This document shows, piece after piece, positions 40,129-51,520 of a stretch of DNA of 64,000 nt (within the stretch, counting starts at the first letter, position 1; the number at the start of each line of letters is the position of its first letter). The DNA is taken from contig OZ316896.1 in NCBI GenBank assembly GCA_973895155.1, positions 18,774,754 to 18,838,753 on the forward strand. Direction: 5' to 3'. A program made the position numbers and the translations under genes. Source of the stretch: Marsupella aquatica. Its lineage: Eukaryota > Plantae > Marchantiophyta. The notes under the pieces are model-generated. The model was not told where the DNA came from, made no database searches, and saw nothing but the letters and a program-made list of their open reading frames with translations.

Positions 40129-41870
40129 CCAGCCGGTGCGTGTGACCATGAACAAACCTTAATTTGCTTCTCATCTGCCTCTATGTTGAAGTTGTCTCCT
40201 GAGTCGTCGCGCATTACCTCCTAGTGATCGGGCGACTCTGAGGGGTTAGTTAAACGTCTCGACTATCGGTTGACACGACTGTTTCAACTTTCCATTCGAG
40301 CTGTCTCTGCGTCCAACTTATGATTGTCCATTGCCAAGCATTCGCGTTCAGGGTTGCAATTTTTGGCCTTCTCGCGATTAGCGTATTTGGCCTGCATTGT
40401 CACCCTAAATTCTCAATTTAATACTCGATGTGACTTTCAAAGACACTTGCCTTGGCTTGTGTCATTGACTGTACCAATGAGAGTTGGATGCTTTGTCTTA
40501 TCGTTTTAGCAACAGAATCCAGCTTTCTGTGTCTTAGATAGTAAGATTTGCGCCCCGTTTTTGTTGTTGATTGTCTGGGCCGGGGTGCAGGGTGCGAAGC
40601 TGTGGACGATTGAACGCTCTCTGCTGTTACACTTCAAATTTCAGTGTTGGTCAGAGGCGCTCAAACTCTCTCAGCATCGTGCCTTCAGTGTGGAGGTTTA
40701 AAAAGTACAACGTGCACGCCGCAGGCATCTCCCCTTCGAATAGTTGACTGCCACTTTCTCCAGCCTCAGAATGTCGCTGCAAAGGCGAGAAAGCTGGTTA
40801 AATTCTGGCAGGCCAGAGCAGGATGTAAGCTAGAGGACGTTGTTTCAAAGGAGAGGAGAAGATCTCCCCCAATCAGTCGCTTTGGCCGTAGCTCTCCTCT
40901 CCCCGGTAAATGTACTGCTCATGTTTTTCCGAGGATCGAACCTGTGTTTTGGGAAGAGGTGTATCGAAGGAATTTCCGCCGTCTTCTCATTTCACGTCAA
41001 GGTCCATGCACATGATCATAGACTATCAACATGATTGTAAGCAATGTCCGAGGCTCATGTATTACTACGAGGAAGGAAGTTTTGTTCCTTCGAGTGGATC
41101 TTCAAGCTCGGTAATCCTCGTTTTCGTTTCGTCGTCACTACTAGCGTGAGCTAGTCGAAATGGTTCGTCTTCCCGCTGTACGTGTAGCAACGGGTTCTGT
41201 CCAAGGAGTACGGAGCTCCTGCAAGGGAGCATCAAGTCAAATTGGCTGTTAGAAACTATTGTCCAGTGCATCATGATCACCGTCTCTATCCGAGGCCTTG
41301 ATCATGATTTCTAATGTTTCCGATAGGATGCCCATTGTGTAACTTCATCATGACTGTCTAGAGGTGCACAGATTCTTTGACGCGGGTGGTCGGGATAATT
41401 GTCTCGCTTCCCACTGTTCACTTGTATACAGTTATAATTCCAAGGTTTTCGTCATTCTGGATGGATTCGGTCGAGATCTTCATTCCAGCATGACAATTTT
41501 GTGTGAAGAAGGCTGTGGTTGGTTATAATAGCAAAAGGCGTCGTAAACGAATGTTGATGTTTGTAATCAATTTACCCACGGTCCTGTTACTGTCCTTTTG
41601 TCGTAGCATTCATTAGCTGCTTGCAGCTCACGTAGCTCTCACCGACTGTCAAATCACTGTAAAGGAAGCCATAGATACTGCCCTAGAGAGTGTTTCTCAA
41701 CCGTGGATGACTCGATAGTCTGAGCATCTATTTTTGCCTGAAACGAACGCTGCATTCGATTCAATGAGCATGAAAAGTCGGCGCATGTAGCAGTTCTGAA
41801 GGGGTGAGGGCATCGGTGACGGTCTGTTCTTCCAATGACCACAACCGAGCCTCAGTCAAAAAAATTTAGC

Positions 41871-42000
41871 TTTCAATTCTGGACGTGGAGATGAGGAGAT
41901 CACGGAGATGGTGATTCTCATGGGTGGATGGTCTGTTTCAATTCTGGACGTGGAGATGAGGAGATCACGGAGATGGTGATTCTCATGGGTGGATGGTCTG
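41871..42000. repeat. Perfect 65-bp tandem duplication, with a diverged third copy at about 42045-42100
   Basis: tttcaattctggacgtggagatgaggagatcacggagatggtgattctcatgggtggatggtctg x2. Confidence 0.85.
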
Positions 42001-42664
42001 TTGAACACAGCCGAGGGCAACTTTCACTTCAAAGTGCAATCCGAGTCTGAACGTGGAGATGGGGGGATCGTGGGACGGCGATTCTCGTCAGTGGATGCTC
42101 TGTACTCACAGTCACCACAGCCGAGCCTCGGGCAGAATTCCGCAGAAGTCGGGTACGTTCTCGCTCGACTGCTCCAGTGCTCCAGCCAAGCACATGCGGG
42201 CACGAACTTCCAGAAAAGACAACTCCTTCTGTGGCCCCACTCCCGAAGATGTTCGCCGTTTTCACCCGTTTTTGCGTCACTGAATCCAAGCTTGCCAGAC
42301 TGCCAGGCCAGGAAGAGAGCGAACGGCGGAGGAGTCATCAGGAAGTGGTTGCGAGACCCGCCAGGCGCCAAAATTGTGCTGTGGCCGCAAAGTACAGAGA
42401 CCGTTTTGCTTTCGACCAACTCTTGTCTGGTATGGCATCTCCACAGAGCGAGCTCTGGTCGGAGTGGTATAGACTAATAGACATCTGCGGAATAGATCAG
42501 GCCATGGCCTCAACAGCACCTCCTCTAGGGTGTCTCACATATACATATAGGGAGTTTGAGGAAATTTCTGCACCCGGGTGTAATAGGGAGTTTGAGTAAA
42601 TTTTGGCCCCCAGGAGTATTAACGCCCGGGCCTCCTGACAGGACTGGTCCGGCACCGATTGTGC

Positions 42665-43155
42665 TGCCCGACCAGTCACGCCCGCGAATTTTGACCGAAA
42701 TCCTGGTGCCCGACCAGTCACGCCTGCGAATTTTGACCGAAACCCGCACCCGATCGTGATTACAATAGGCAAACAACAAACAAAAGGCCAATAGACAAAC
42801 GACCTAAAGCCAGGAGGTATACGTCATTGGCATTTGCACCTTCGACCCGTCTCATAATTCACTACCCCAAAAAATGTTGGCTCGCATCGACCCTGTTGTG
42901 GTGTGCCGGACTGCGTCTCGGGCAGCCTGTGTATGCAACTTTCATACGTGAGATGCCCTACTTTGTCTGTCACCCTCAGAAAAGCTTGACCCTGTCATCA
43001 AGAGACAGTCATAGAATCTGATATTCTGGACGACCCTTCCTTGGTCTGAGCAAGAGTTTGATATTGTGGATGAGCCTTCCTTGGTCTGAACCAAGGGCGT
43101 CACAAAGCCTCAAAGAGTTTGATATTCTGGACAAGCCTTCCTTACTCTGAACAAG
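42665..43155. repeat. Cluster of short direct repeats
   Basis: tgcccgaccagtcacgcc.gcgaattttgaccgaaa x2 (42665-42742); gatatt.tgga..a.ccttcctt..tctga.caag x3 (43020-43155). Confidence 0.65.
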
Positions 43156-44121
43156 AAACAGTCTGATGAGTGTGTCTCTTCAGTAAGGGTTCAATTCACT
43201 GGTATGTATGGGTGACTTATGGTTATCTAGAGTGACTTATGACCAATCTTCATGGCAAAAAGTTATGGTCTATGAATTTGGTAGACCAATTTTTTTCTGT
43301 GGGTAAGCTTGACTAATTAGTGATTGTACATCAAATTTGAAGCTTTGAGAGTCCCTACTAGTCTTTCTTTATTATGAGTGTTGGACATTGTAAGTTGCCT
43401 AGTGTGCGCCCTAAACCTAAATCACTGTTTTGAGTGTCACTCAATGTTGCCTATCATTGTAAGCTGCCTATCATTGTAACTTGCCTATTACACACCCTAA
43501 ATCCTAGAGCACTTTTTTGAATGTCAATGCTTCCTATCATTGTAAGCTGCCTATCACGCACCCTAAACTCCAAACCATTTTTTTGAATGCTAAGTACCAT
43601 AAAGTAGTTTTTTTTAGTGCTACCTAGCTATGTACCCTAGTTGAGTTCACTTAATACTAGTCATCCCACCAAATGTAGACCAGGGCTCATCATTGTGACA
43701 AGTGAGCCTTTGAGCTGGAGCGTCATTAACTCACCAACGTTTACACAAACCTCTATCCCAGAGTGGGGTAGAAATTCTTTGCACAGATCCCCCTTCCCAA
43801 AAGGGAAGTTCACCCAAAAGCCCTTTTGCACATAAAGGACTTGACACTTGTGGTGGCTTTACAAAAGCAAGGTGGCAGGTATTTTTTTGTCCTCTGTCTG
43901 ATGTACTCCTAGCCGTTGAAGTGGGAACTACTACAAGAACTGGGCAGGAGTTTCAGGCTAAACCATTACCAATCCTAGTCCCTGTCCTAGTCATGCCCTA
44001 GTGGGCCCCTTTTACTGATCTGTACATCCTTAATTTTTTTGTGTTAGACTGAATGGACCATGCCTTTATTTGGTCTTGCATTTATTATCTTCAGACCTCA
44101 CATCCCAAAAAGAATTAGGCA

Positions 44122-44760
44122 AGCTTTTTATCAACCTGTCCCCCTAACTTGCCGAAATTCGTAAGCTGTCCCCCAAACTATTTTATTTACTTTCCTGCCC
44201 CCCATTCAGTATACGAACTGGTATGTTAGAAGTATGGTGCTCTGGATGCCAGGTGGCAAGGCGTCATTGGCCCGGATGATTCTGGCTTGTACTCCTTCCC
44301 CCCTCCCTGTCGGGCCCGTTTTCCTGATGCAAGGACCCAGGAGGAGGCCAAACGGCCCTGCCATGAACCTCCGCTCCCCCCCTAATTTTCCGCTGCCCCT
44401 GAACTCCGCTGCCCCTGCCCTCGCAAGCGCCAACCTCAGCGGACCTGAGCCTGAGCGAACCCCCAGCCTTTGCGTTCTGAGCCGAACCCTGGACCTCTGC
44501 TGCCCCTGCCTTCGCCAGGCTCAACCTCCATCGAGCCTGAGCCTGAGCGAACCCCCGGCCTCCGCTGCCCTTGAGCCCTTGCAAACCCTCAACCTCGGCT
44601 GCTCCTGAGCCCTCGCAAACCCCCGACCTCCGCTCCCCTAAGCCCCATTTTTAGTAAGGAAAAATGTCGCGATTGTTCACACATTCGCCTCCACGGTTTT
44701 GGCAGTGTGATATGCTTGCTCTCGATTGAACGCTGCTGCACCCTTCGCCCATAGGGTTTA
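44122..44760 (+). repeat. Left TIR of the MULE, including expanded subterminal repeats
   Basis: Reverse complement of 48433-48940, with extra copies of CTCCGCTGCCCCTG / CCTGAGCCTGAGC / GAACCCCC units at about 44460-44640. Confidence 0.9.
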
Positions 44761-45258
44761 TGCACAGAGCCGCAACAAAGTTTTTGAATGAGTGCGGGAA
44801 TCTGTGTCATCGTCTTCCCTGCATTTTCTTGCCCTGTTCTTACAAAGAAAACAACATTGGGCAAATTTTGGTTCCAGACTTCAGCCTGGTTAAGCTGCAT
44901 TCAACTTCACTCGACTTTGCTGCCTTGACAACACCAGGAATTCATGATCGGCTGCTGGCTAGGGGGCAGTTGGAGGGCGCTGCAGCTGCCATGGAACACA
45001 CGACAGCAACAGCCTAAACATTGAAGGTATCATTCTTGGAACAAATTGACTGAATCCAAGCTAGGATGTCCACAACACTAGCAATCTGATCCCTTGGACA
45101 GTGTCATTAGCGTGACAAGGTAGACTCAATTCTGCTTGAACTATTCTGAGCTTTGGCACTGTCTATGTTCATTTCAATCCCTGCCTGGAACATGTGAACC
45201 TGCTGTGAAACAGTTATGCTAAAATTTCAATTTCTATGTTTCTATGTTTGTAGGTATT

Positions 45259-47237
45259 ATGGATCCACAAACACCTATCAAGTTGCAAGTCGGGACAACA
45301 TTTGAGAACTGGGAGGACTTGAAGAAAGTCATTGTGGATGAGGGAGTAAAAACTGAGAGAGTTCTTGTCACCCAAAAGAAGGACCATACAAAGTGGAAGG
45401 TAAGATGTCGAATGAATGAGGACACCAATGAAAGGCAGTGCCCCTGGTGGCTGAGGGCAACAAAGAAGTCTAGAACCGAAACTATAACCATAACAGTAGC
45501 CAACTTGCACCACTCATGTGAAGCTGCAGATCACTACCACCGCAGGATGCATTCCAATTCAGACAGGCTTGCTGACCGCATAATGGATATTATCGGTAAG
45601 AATCGCCAAACCAGACCCTCATTCTTGAGGGACTCAGCCCAAGCATTAGTCCATCCAGATATAAAATACCACACTGCATATGCTGCAAAGCAAAGGTGTT
45701 TAAAACGATTAGATGGAGACCAGACAGAGTCATTCAAGTTCATCCCTGCCCATTGCCACCATATCCTTGAACGTGACCCAGGGGCATTTGCTAAGTACAG
45801 GGCTCCTGGTGGTCAATTGGATATGTTGTTTGTTTGCCCTTCGGCTTCCAAGGAAGCATATCGTCATTGCAGGCCCATGGTGGCCTTGGATGGCACCCAT
45901 ACACGGTGTATGTATCCTGGAGTTTTACTTTTGGCCACCACACTCGATGCCAACAACACTGTGATTATTCTTGCTTACAGTTGGGTGCCATCAGAAAATG
46001 AAGAGAACTGGATGTTTTTCCTGAATTTGTTACGAGATTCCATTCCTAACTTGAGCAAGATAGGCACTGTGTTTATTTCAGACAAGGAGAAGGGGTTGAC
46101 TGATGGGGTGCCACGAATTTTTCCTCATGCATATCCTGCATATTGCACATGGCACCTAGCAGAGAATGTGCATAAACACTACGGAAAAGAAATCAGGAAG
46201 TTGTTTGAGTCCTTGCCTTATGCAATGACTCCAACAAAGTTCAGTCTTAGATTGGAGAAGATCAAGGCTAAAAACCCTGCTGCTGCTCAGTACATTCAGA
46301 GAACAGCAGATCCTAAATATTATTCAAGAGCATTCTTCCCTGGTCGAAGGCAAGTCATTTTCAATTGCTATAATTGTTTTGTTTCTAGACCATGTTTTGT
46401 TGCTCAGAGATGCTGGATGTTTTTGTGATCTGAAATTGTGAGCATTGAACAATGGTTTGTGCCAGGTGGGGCCATGAAACTTCACAGCAAGCTGAAAGCA
46501 GTAATCGTGCTTTCAAACCCCAACGACAGGAGGTAACATTGAATATGTCTTCTCAGATTTGGGATTATATCATGGTCAAATATTTTGAAAAGCGGGAATT
46601 GGCTACCAGTGTCACAACTCCATTCCCACCAAACATTATGACATATTTGAGGGACATTGAAGAGGCAGCCACTCACCTGACTGCCCACCCTTCCAATGCA
46701 ATTGAGGTTCAGATAACTGATGATAAAAACAATCAGTATCTTGTGCAGTTTGAACCTGAGTGGTTTTGCAGTTGTGGCGATTTCCAGGACACTTTGTTAC
46801 CTTGTGTGCATGCATGGCGGGCCTTGACCAGATTGTGTTTAAGGCATTATTATTATGTTTCCCCATTGTATACAACTGACACATTCCGGGCGACATATAT
46901 GGCTCATCTCCCCGCATTATTGAGGACCGAATTGCTGCCAGACCCCCATTGTGGACCACCGTTGAAGAAGCGTAGGAAAGGACGTCCCACAGAGCGACTA
47001 AGGATGCAATTTCAAGGTGAGGAAGTGTGTAGATTGCCCAGGAAGTGTGGTGTGTGTGCTGAACGAGGCCATGACAAGAGGAGCTGCCCAGAACGATCAG
47101 CAGCAAGAGAAGCCCTTCGACAAAATGCTGAGAAGAGCCAAGACAACATGGACATGAACAACACTGATAGTAGTCAGGAAAGCTTGGACATTGGGACCTT
47201 CTCTCAATTGCTTGAGACAGTAGAATCACAGAGATGA
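45259..47237 (+). CDS. MuDR/Mutator-family transposase (about 620 aa), exons 45259-46349 and 46466-47237
   Basis: N-terminal MuDR domain (LQVGTTFENWEDLKK...C...CPWWLRA...HHSC); DDE core VALDGTH, FISDKEKGL, CTWH, AESSN; SWIM finger CSCGDFQDTLLPCVHA; zinc knuckle CGVCAERGHDKRSC. A GC-AG intron (46350-46465) joins the two ORFs in frame (PGR-R-WGHET). The start could alternatively be the ATG at 45244. Confidence 0.92.
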
Positions 47238-47551
47238 AACCTGTAGGCCAATTTTGTTCACAGAATGTGTGAGCTTGGAAGAGCACACCACCACTTTTTG
47301 TAATAGTCTAGCACCTGTATACAGGCTTTTTTGTAAACCATTTGCAATAAATTTCATAAATTCCAATAAGAGATATGTGGAATGAAATGAGGCCATGTTA
47401 CACACTATTGTTCAAACAGTCTCACAGACTCATGATTGTTTGTGCAAATTGTTTGTGCAAATTGGTATTTTTATTGCATGGAAACTCAATGTGCATGAAA
47501 GGTCAAAGTTGCTTGAATGATACTGGGAAAGTGAAGTATTGGTCAATCTAC

Positions 47552-48151
47552 TTATGTTGCAGTATGGGGCATTCCCCATGTACCTCGTGCCCTCAATCCA
47601 TTGTGCATGTACTCTACAGCCTCTGCCCTAGTCTTAAACGATTTGAATTTACAATCACTAAATCCCCAGACTTGCTGATTACATTCATCCCATGTCTCAT
47701 AAATTCCTGGCTGAAATCCACGAACAACAGCGTAGAATTTTCTCTTTTGCCCTGCTTTCCACACTGTTTTTGGACCATTCACATACTCCACCGGCAAACC
47801 AGTGCCCATCCCAGCTGAAACTGTCCTTGGTTCTCCTACTTTGCCACAAACAGCTGCTGCTACTATTGCCAAAGGTACTGCTTCAGGGGTTCCAACCTCG
47901 ACCTTCATCCTGTCACAAATATCCACAGGTCCTTTCCCGTGCTCACTCATGAAATCTGGAGGCATTTCAGGTGCAGAAGGTGTAGGATTGGGTAATGTAT
48001 GTATGTGCTCATAACGATTCACACAAGCATGCAGATAATCTGTGGCACTGTCCAACAAGTTTGAGATGAAACGAAAAATTGAGGCAAGCAATCTAACAGC
48101 TAGCCAAATGCATATTGCAAATGTGTTGAAAACAATGCCCCACTTTGCCAT
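47552..48151 (-). CDS. MULE accessory protein (199 aa): N-terminal hydrophobic helix plus C-terminal RNase H1 N-terminal hybrid-binding (Cauli_VI/viroplasmin) domain
   Basis: ATG at 48151 in gccATGG context. KFYAVVRGFQPGIYETWDECNQQVWGFSDCKFKSFKTRAEAVEYM (47740-47606) matches the FYAVxxGxxxG(I/V)(Y/F)xxWxECxxQVxxFxxxxFKxFxTxxEA consensus. No RNase H catalytic domain follows. Confidence 0.82.
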   Translation of the reverse strand: MAKWGIVFNTFAICIWLAVRLLASIFRFISNLLDSATDYLHACVNRYEHIHTLPNPTPSAPEMPPDFMSEHGKGPVDICDRMKVEVGTPEAVPLAIVAAAVCGKVGEPRTVSAGMGTGLPVEYVNGPKTVWKAGQKRKFYAVVRGFQPGIYETWDECNQQVWGFSDCKFKSFKTRAEAVEYMHNGLRARGTWGMPHTAT

Positions 48152-48432
48152 GGCCACAACGTCTCTCCCTGGAAGCTTTCCAAAATATAGAATCCAGAAA
48201 CGTGTCGAAAGAAAGTGCTACTGATAGTGCTCCACCTAGCAACGGCTTAATTGTCACCCTCGGCCAGCATTTGATCAGGTGCGCTACAGGAAACTAAGAC
48301 GCAGGCCGAACAGCTACCAGCATTGAAAAAAAAACATCAACCGGGAACATCAATCAACAAACCGCAGGATTGCAGGGTTGAAAGAGAGAGCAAACGATTG
48401 CAAACACTTACGACTTCGCAGTGACTTTCTGT

Positions 48433-48940
48433 CTAAACCCTAGGGGCGCACCAAGATAGCAAGCCTGCCAAACATTGCAGCTGATCAAAGGTCGAGAGCG
48501 AGCTGCCAAAAGTTGGGAGGCAAATGTGTCAACATTCCCTGCATTTTTCCTTTGTAAAAACGGGGCCGGGGGTTCGCGAGCGCTCAGGGTTCGCGAGGGG
48601 TAAGCTCAGGCTCAGGCTCCACGGACATTGGGGCTTGTGAGGGCAGGGGCAGCGGAGGTCAGGGGCAGCGGAAAATTAGGGGGGGAGCGGAGGTTCGTGG
48701 CGGGGCTGTTTGGCCTCCTCCCGGGTCCTTGCATCAGGAAAACGGGCCCCGGCAGGGAGGGGGGAAGGAGTACAAGCCAGAATCATCCGGGCCAATGACG
48801 CCTTGCCACCTGGCATCCGGAGCACCATACTTCTAACATACCAGTTCGTATACGGAATGGGGGGCAGGAAAGTAAATAAAATCGTTTGGGGGACAGCTTA
48901 CGAATTTCGGCACGTTAAGGGGACAGGTTGATAAAAAGCT
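48433..48940 (-). repeat. Right TIR of the MULE
   Basis: Inverted copy of 44122-44760, lacking the subrepeat expansion. Confidence 0.9.
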
Positions 48941-50040
48941 GTTTTAACTTTAGTCTAGGCCACTGATGCACCCCGGCGGCCCCCCTCCCCTCCTTTTGTT
49001 TTGGATGGAAACTCATTGAAACGCTGCCACAGTCTCGTAAAGCTCCCTTAGAAACGCAGGAGTTTCCTCTCTTACCACTAAAATAGAAATGGGTATCTAG
49101 TAGTGGGTGGGAAAGAATGACTTGCCCAACAAGAGCCACATAGGGGTTGCAATAAATGAGTTTCTTGACAAGAGTAGCATGAAAACTCAACGTACTGTTG
49201 CTCCATAAAATCAAGACTTCACTTCAGGAGCCCCTTTCATGGTTAGCTATCCAAGTATTGTTGGCTCGTAAATTCTGTCAGGAATTCAAGTTACTGGCAT
49301 GTAAACATTTCTGGAAATGATTCCTATTTCCATAATTGTTGCCCATAAATAAATATTTTTTAGAGCAGAAATTACTTATTATAATTCATATCTGGGCCCC
49401 GATCTGGGCAGGGTTCTAAACCTCCTGTAGCTCAAGGAAAGTTCAGGAAATATTCCTGCAGGATTTCTTCACTTTTTGGTTTTCTTCACATTCTCCTTTG
49501 TTACTAAATATTGTTCCTAAATATTGTTCCTAAACACTAGTGTGTGTGATACTAATTATGGTAGTCAGTGTAGCTCCAGGAGAGTTCAAAAAATCTTCTT
49601 GCAGGTTTTTTTCACTTTCTGGTGACAGGTTTTTTCCACTTTCTGGTCACAGAACCTTTGGTCCCGTGGTTGCAGGCTAGTAATTCTGGTCACAGGGTTG
49701 CGCATTATGCTATACAGAAGTAAGAAGAGCTCGAATCAATCTCGAGCACTGCGGAGTGTGGAAGTTCATCCCGTTTCTCGGTTTGCAATGCAAGTATTGT
49801 AGGCTCAGGAGTCAGACGAGCGCAAATCAATGTCAAGCACTGTGGAGTGTGTACTCTTCAGGGGATTCTCAACTGCAGACCACCTTGCACTTGTCGGCTA
49901 ACGGCTATGATTATTGAACCAGGTAAATTGTCGTAGCCTGCAGGAGAAGTCGAGGTGTCGGGTATCCTTACGCGCGTCAAGCGCAATAAATGTTGTCGAG
50001 TCCCGTCCCGTGCAGCAAAAGACCAAAAGTTATCGCCTCC

Positions 50041-50530
50041 ATTCTCTTTCTGGTCTATGAGCGGAATAGTGGATTGCAGCAACAGTTGTCTCCTTCATTC
50101 TCTTTCTGGTTTAATGAGCGAAATCTTTCCTTCTCTTTCTGGTTTAATGAGCGAAATTCTTCATTCTCTTTCTGATTTAATAAGCGAAATAGTGGGATGA
50201 TAGAAAAGGGGTTGCAGCAAACGTTTGTCGCCTTCGTTCGCTTTCTGATTTTAATGAGCGAAAGTGGTATATACGAGCGAAAAGGATTATTTTGTCCTTC
50301 CGTGATTGAAGCAAAAGTCGTGGCCTTAAAACTTGTTCTGGTTTAATGAGCGAAACAGTGGGATTGAGTAAAGATTTCACTGAACTCCATTCATTGAAAC
50401 AGAAATGATGTGATAAAAAATGATTCTTTTCTCCTCCCTTGAAGCAAAGTAGTCGCCTTCATTCTCTTTCTGGTTCATTGAGCGAAATTGTGGATGAAAA
50501 GGCGCTGTTTGGTGGTTTGATGAGCGAAAT
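50041..50530. repeat. Array of about 8 degenerate 25-bp repeats (TTCTCTTTCTGGTTTAATGAGCGAAA) with irregular spacing
   Basis: Copies near 50042, 50098, 50131, 50165, 50237, 50336, 50462, 50512. Confidence 0.75.
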
Positions 50531-51334
50531 CAACAACTGAAGTCGAAAACAATCTCTCCATAGCATTCAGCTGATTCCAATCCCCAACAGATTTACTCAC
50601 TGGTGCCATGAGTACCAATTTAAAAGGCACAGTTAATCACAAGCGCTGTCGATTTCTAATTCAGATTGAGCCCTTGCGTGCATCAAATACGACGTCTTTG
50701 CTCTCTAACTAAAGAGCCACAGCGGGAGCCACAGTAAGTACTGCGGTTCCATCTGTCGAAAAGTACATTGTAATGTGAATTGTGGAGCTCAATAGCTTGA
50801 ATTTCGCGTTCACACCTTCATTGAGAATCATCCATGCTCGTTCAGCTACAGCGATCATCCAACGCACGTGAAAGATCTTCGGGCCGGGTACGCGGAAAAT
50901 CTCAAGAGGACTCTACTACACACGAAACCTCTGATTCAATTCCAATGATAATCAGTATTAGGACAAGCAAGGTCTGGTCCAATTCAAACAAAGGCGTCGT
51001 GATTGAAAAAACGCACCGAGTGCAAGCATGAGGAAGCTCAAAGTGAAAAGTGGCCAAGGAACAATTATGTTGTAATTTCATCTCAAACACAACGTCATTC
51101 AGGTTTTCCCAACACATAGGGTAATGTCCTTCAAAACTGAACTCTATCCTTCAAAACTCCGACACAACACCCAGGTCGATCTTTTATTGGAGACACTGAG
51201 ATAGTTAAGGCTTTTAACCTTCTTAGGCTCACGTACTGTGCCTGGCCATGGCCTGATTGAGCCCTGAGGACAAGGCATGGAGGTCAAGCCCTGCTGGTAA
51301 TCACACATCAAAATGTGGTTGCATGGTTGCATTC

Positions 51335-51520
51335 ATTGATTGAAAGAAAAAAACTAGTATTATCATGATATGCAGGGGTGCCATACATAATATCTGTCAT
51401 ATATTTTGATCTGCAGTTACCTAGATGCATTGATTGAAAGAAAAAAACTAGTATTATCATGATATGTAGGGGTACCGTACATAGTATCTGTCATATTTTG
51501 ATGTGCAGTTACCGAGATGC
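51335..51520. repeat. Tandem duplication (about 94-bp period)
   Basis: attgattgaaagaaaaaaactagtattatcatgatatg.aggggt.cc.tacata.tatctgtcatat..tttgat.tgcagttacc x2. Confidence 0.8.

Larger units (their letters stand above)
44122..48940. mobile_element. Apparently intact autonomous Mutator-like element (MULE) with long TIRs and two convergent genes
   Basis: Ends AGCTTTTTATCAACCTGTCCCC... / ...GGGGACAGGTTGATAAAAAGCT. TIR cores of about 330 bp are highly similar, and weaker similarity extends to about 44760 / 48433. Contains a MuDR-type transposase (+) and a second gene (-). No 9-11 bp TSD seen. Confidence 0.93.

Noticed and set aside
41989-42599. Several overlapping 130-160 aa ORFs
   Set aside because: No domain motifs, open on both strands, embedded in tandem repeats; no supportable gene model.
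44206-44608. ORFs inside the left TIR (mirrored at 48710-48931)
   Set aside because: GC-rich TIR sequence; the similar translations only reflect the inverted repeat.
46636-47286. 216-aa antisense ORF over the transposase
   Set aside because: No recognisable motifs; shadow of the transposase frame.
50041-50530. CRISPR-like repeat/spacer appearance
   Set aside because: Eukaryotic context, degenerate repeats, highly variable spacing, mutually similar spacers and no cas genes.
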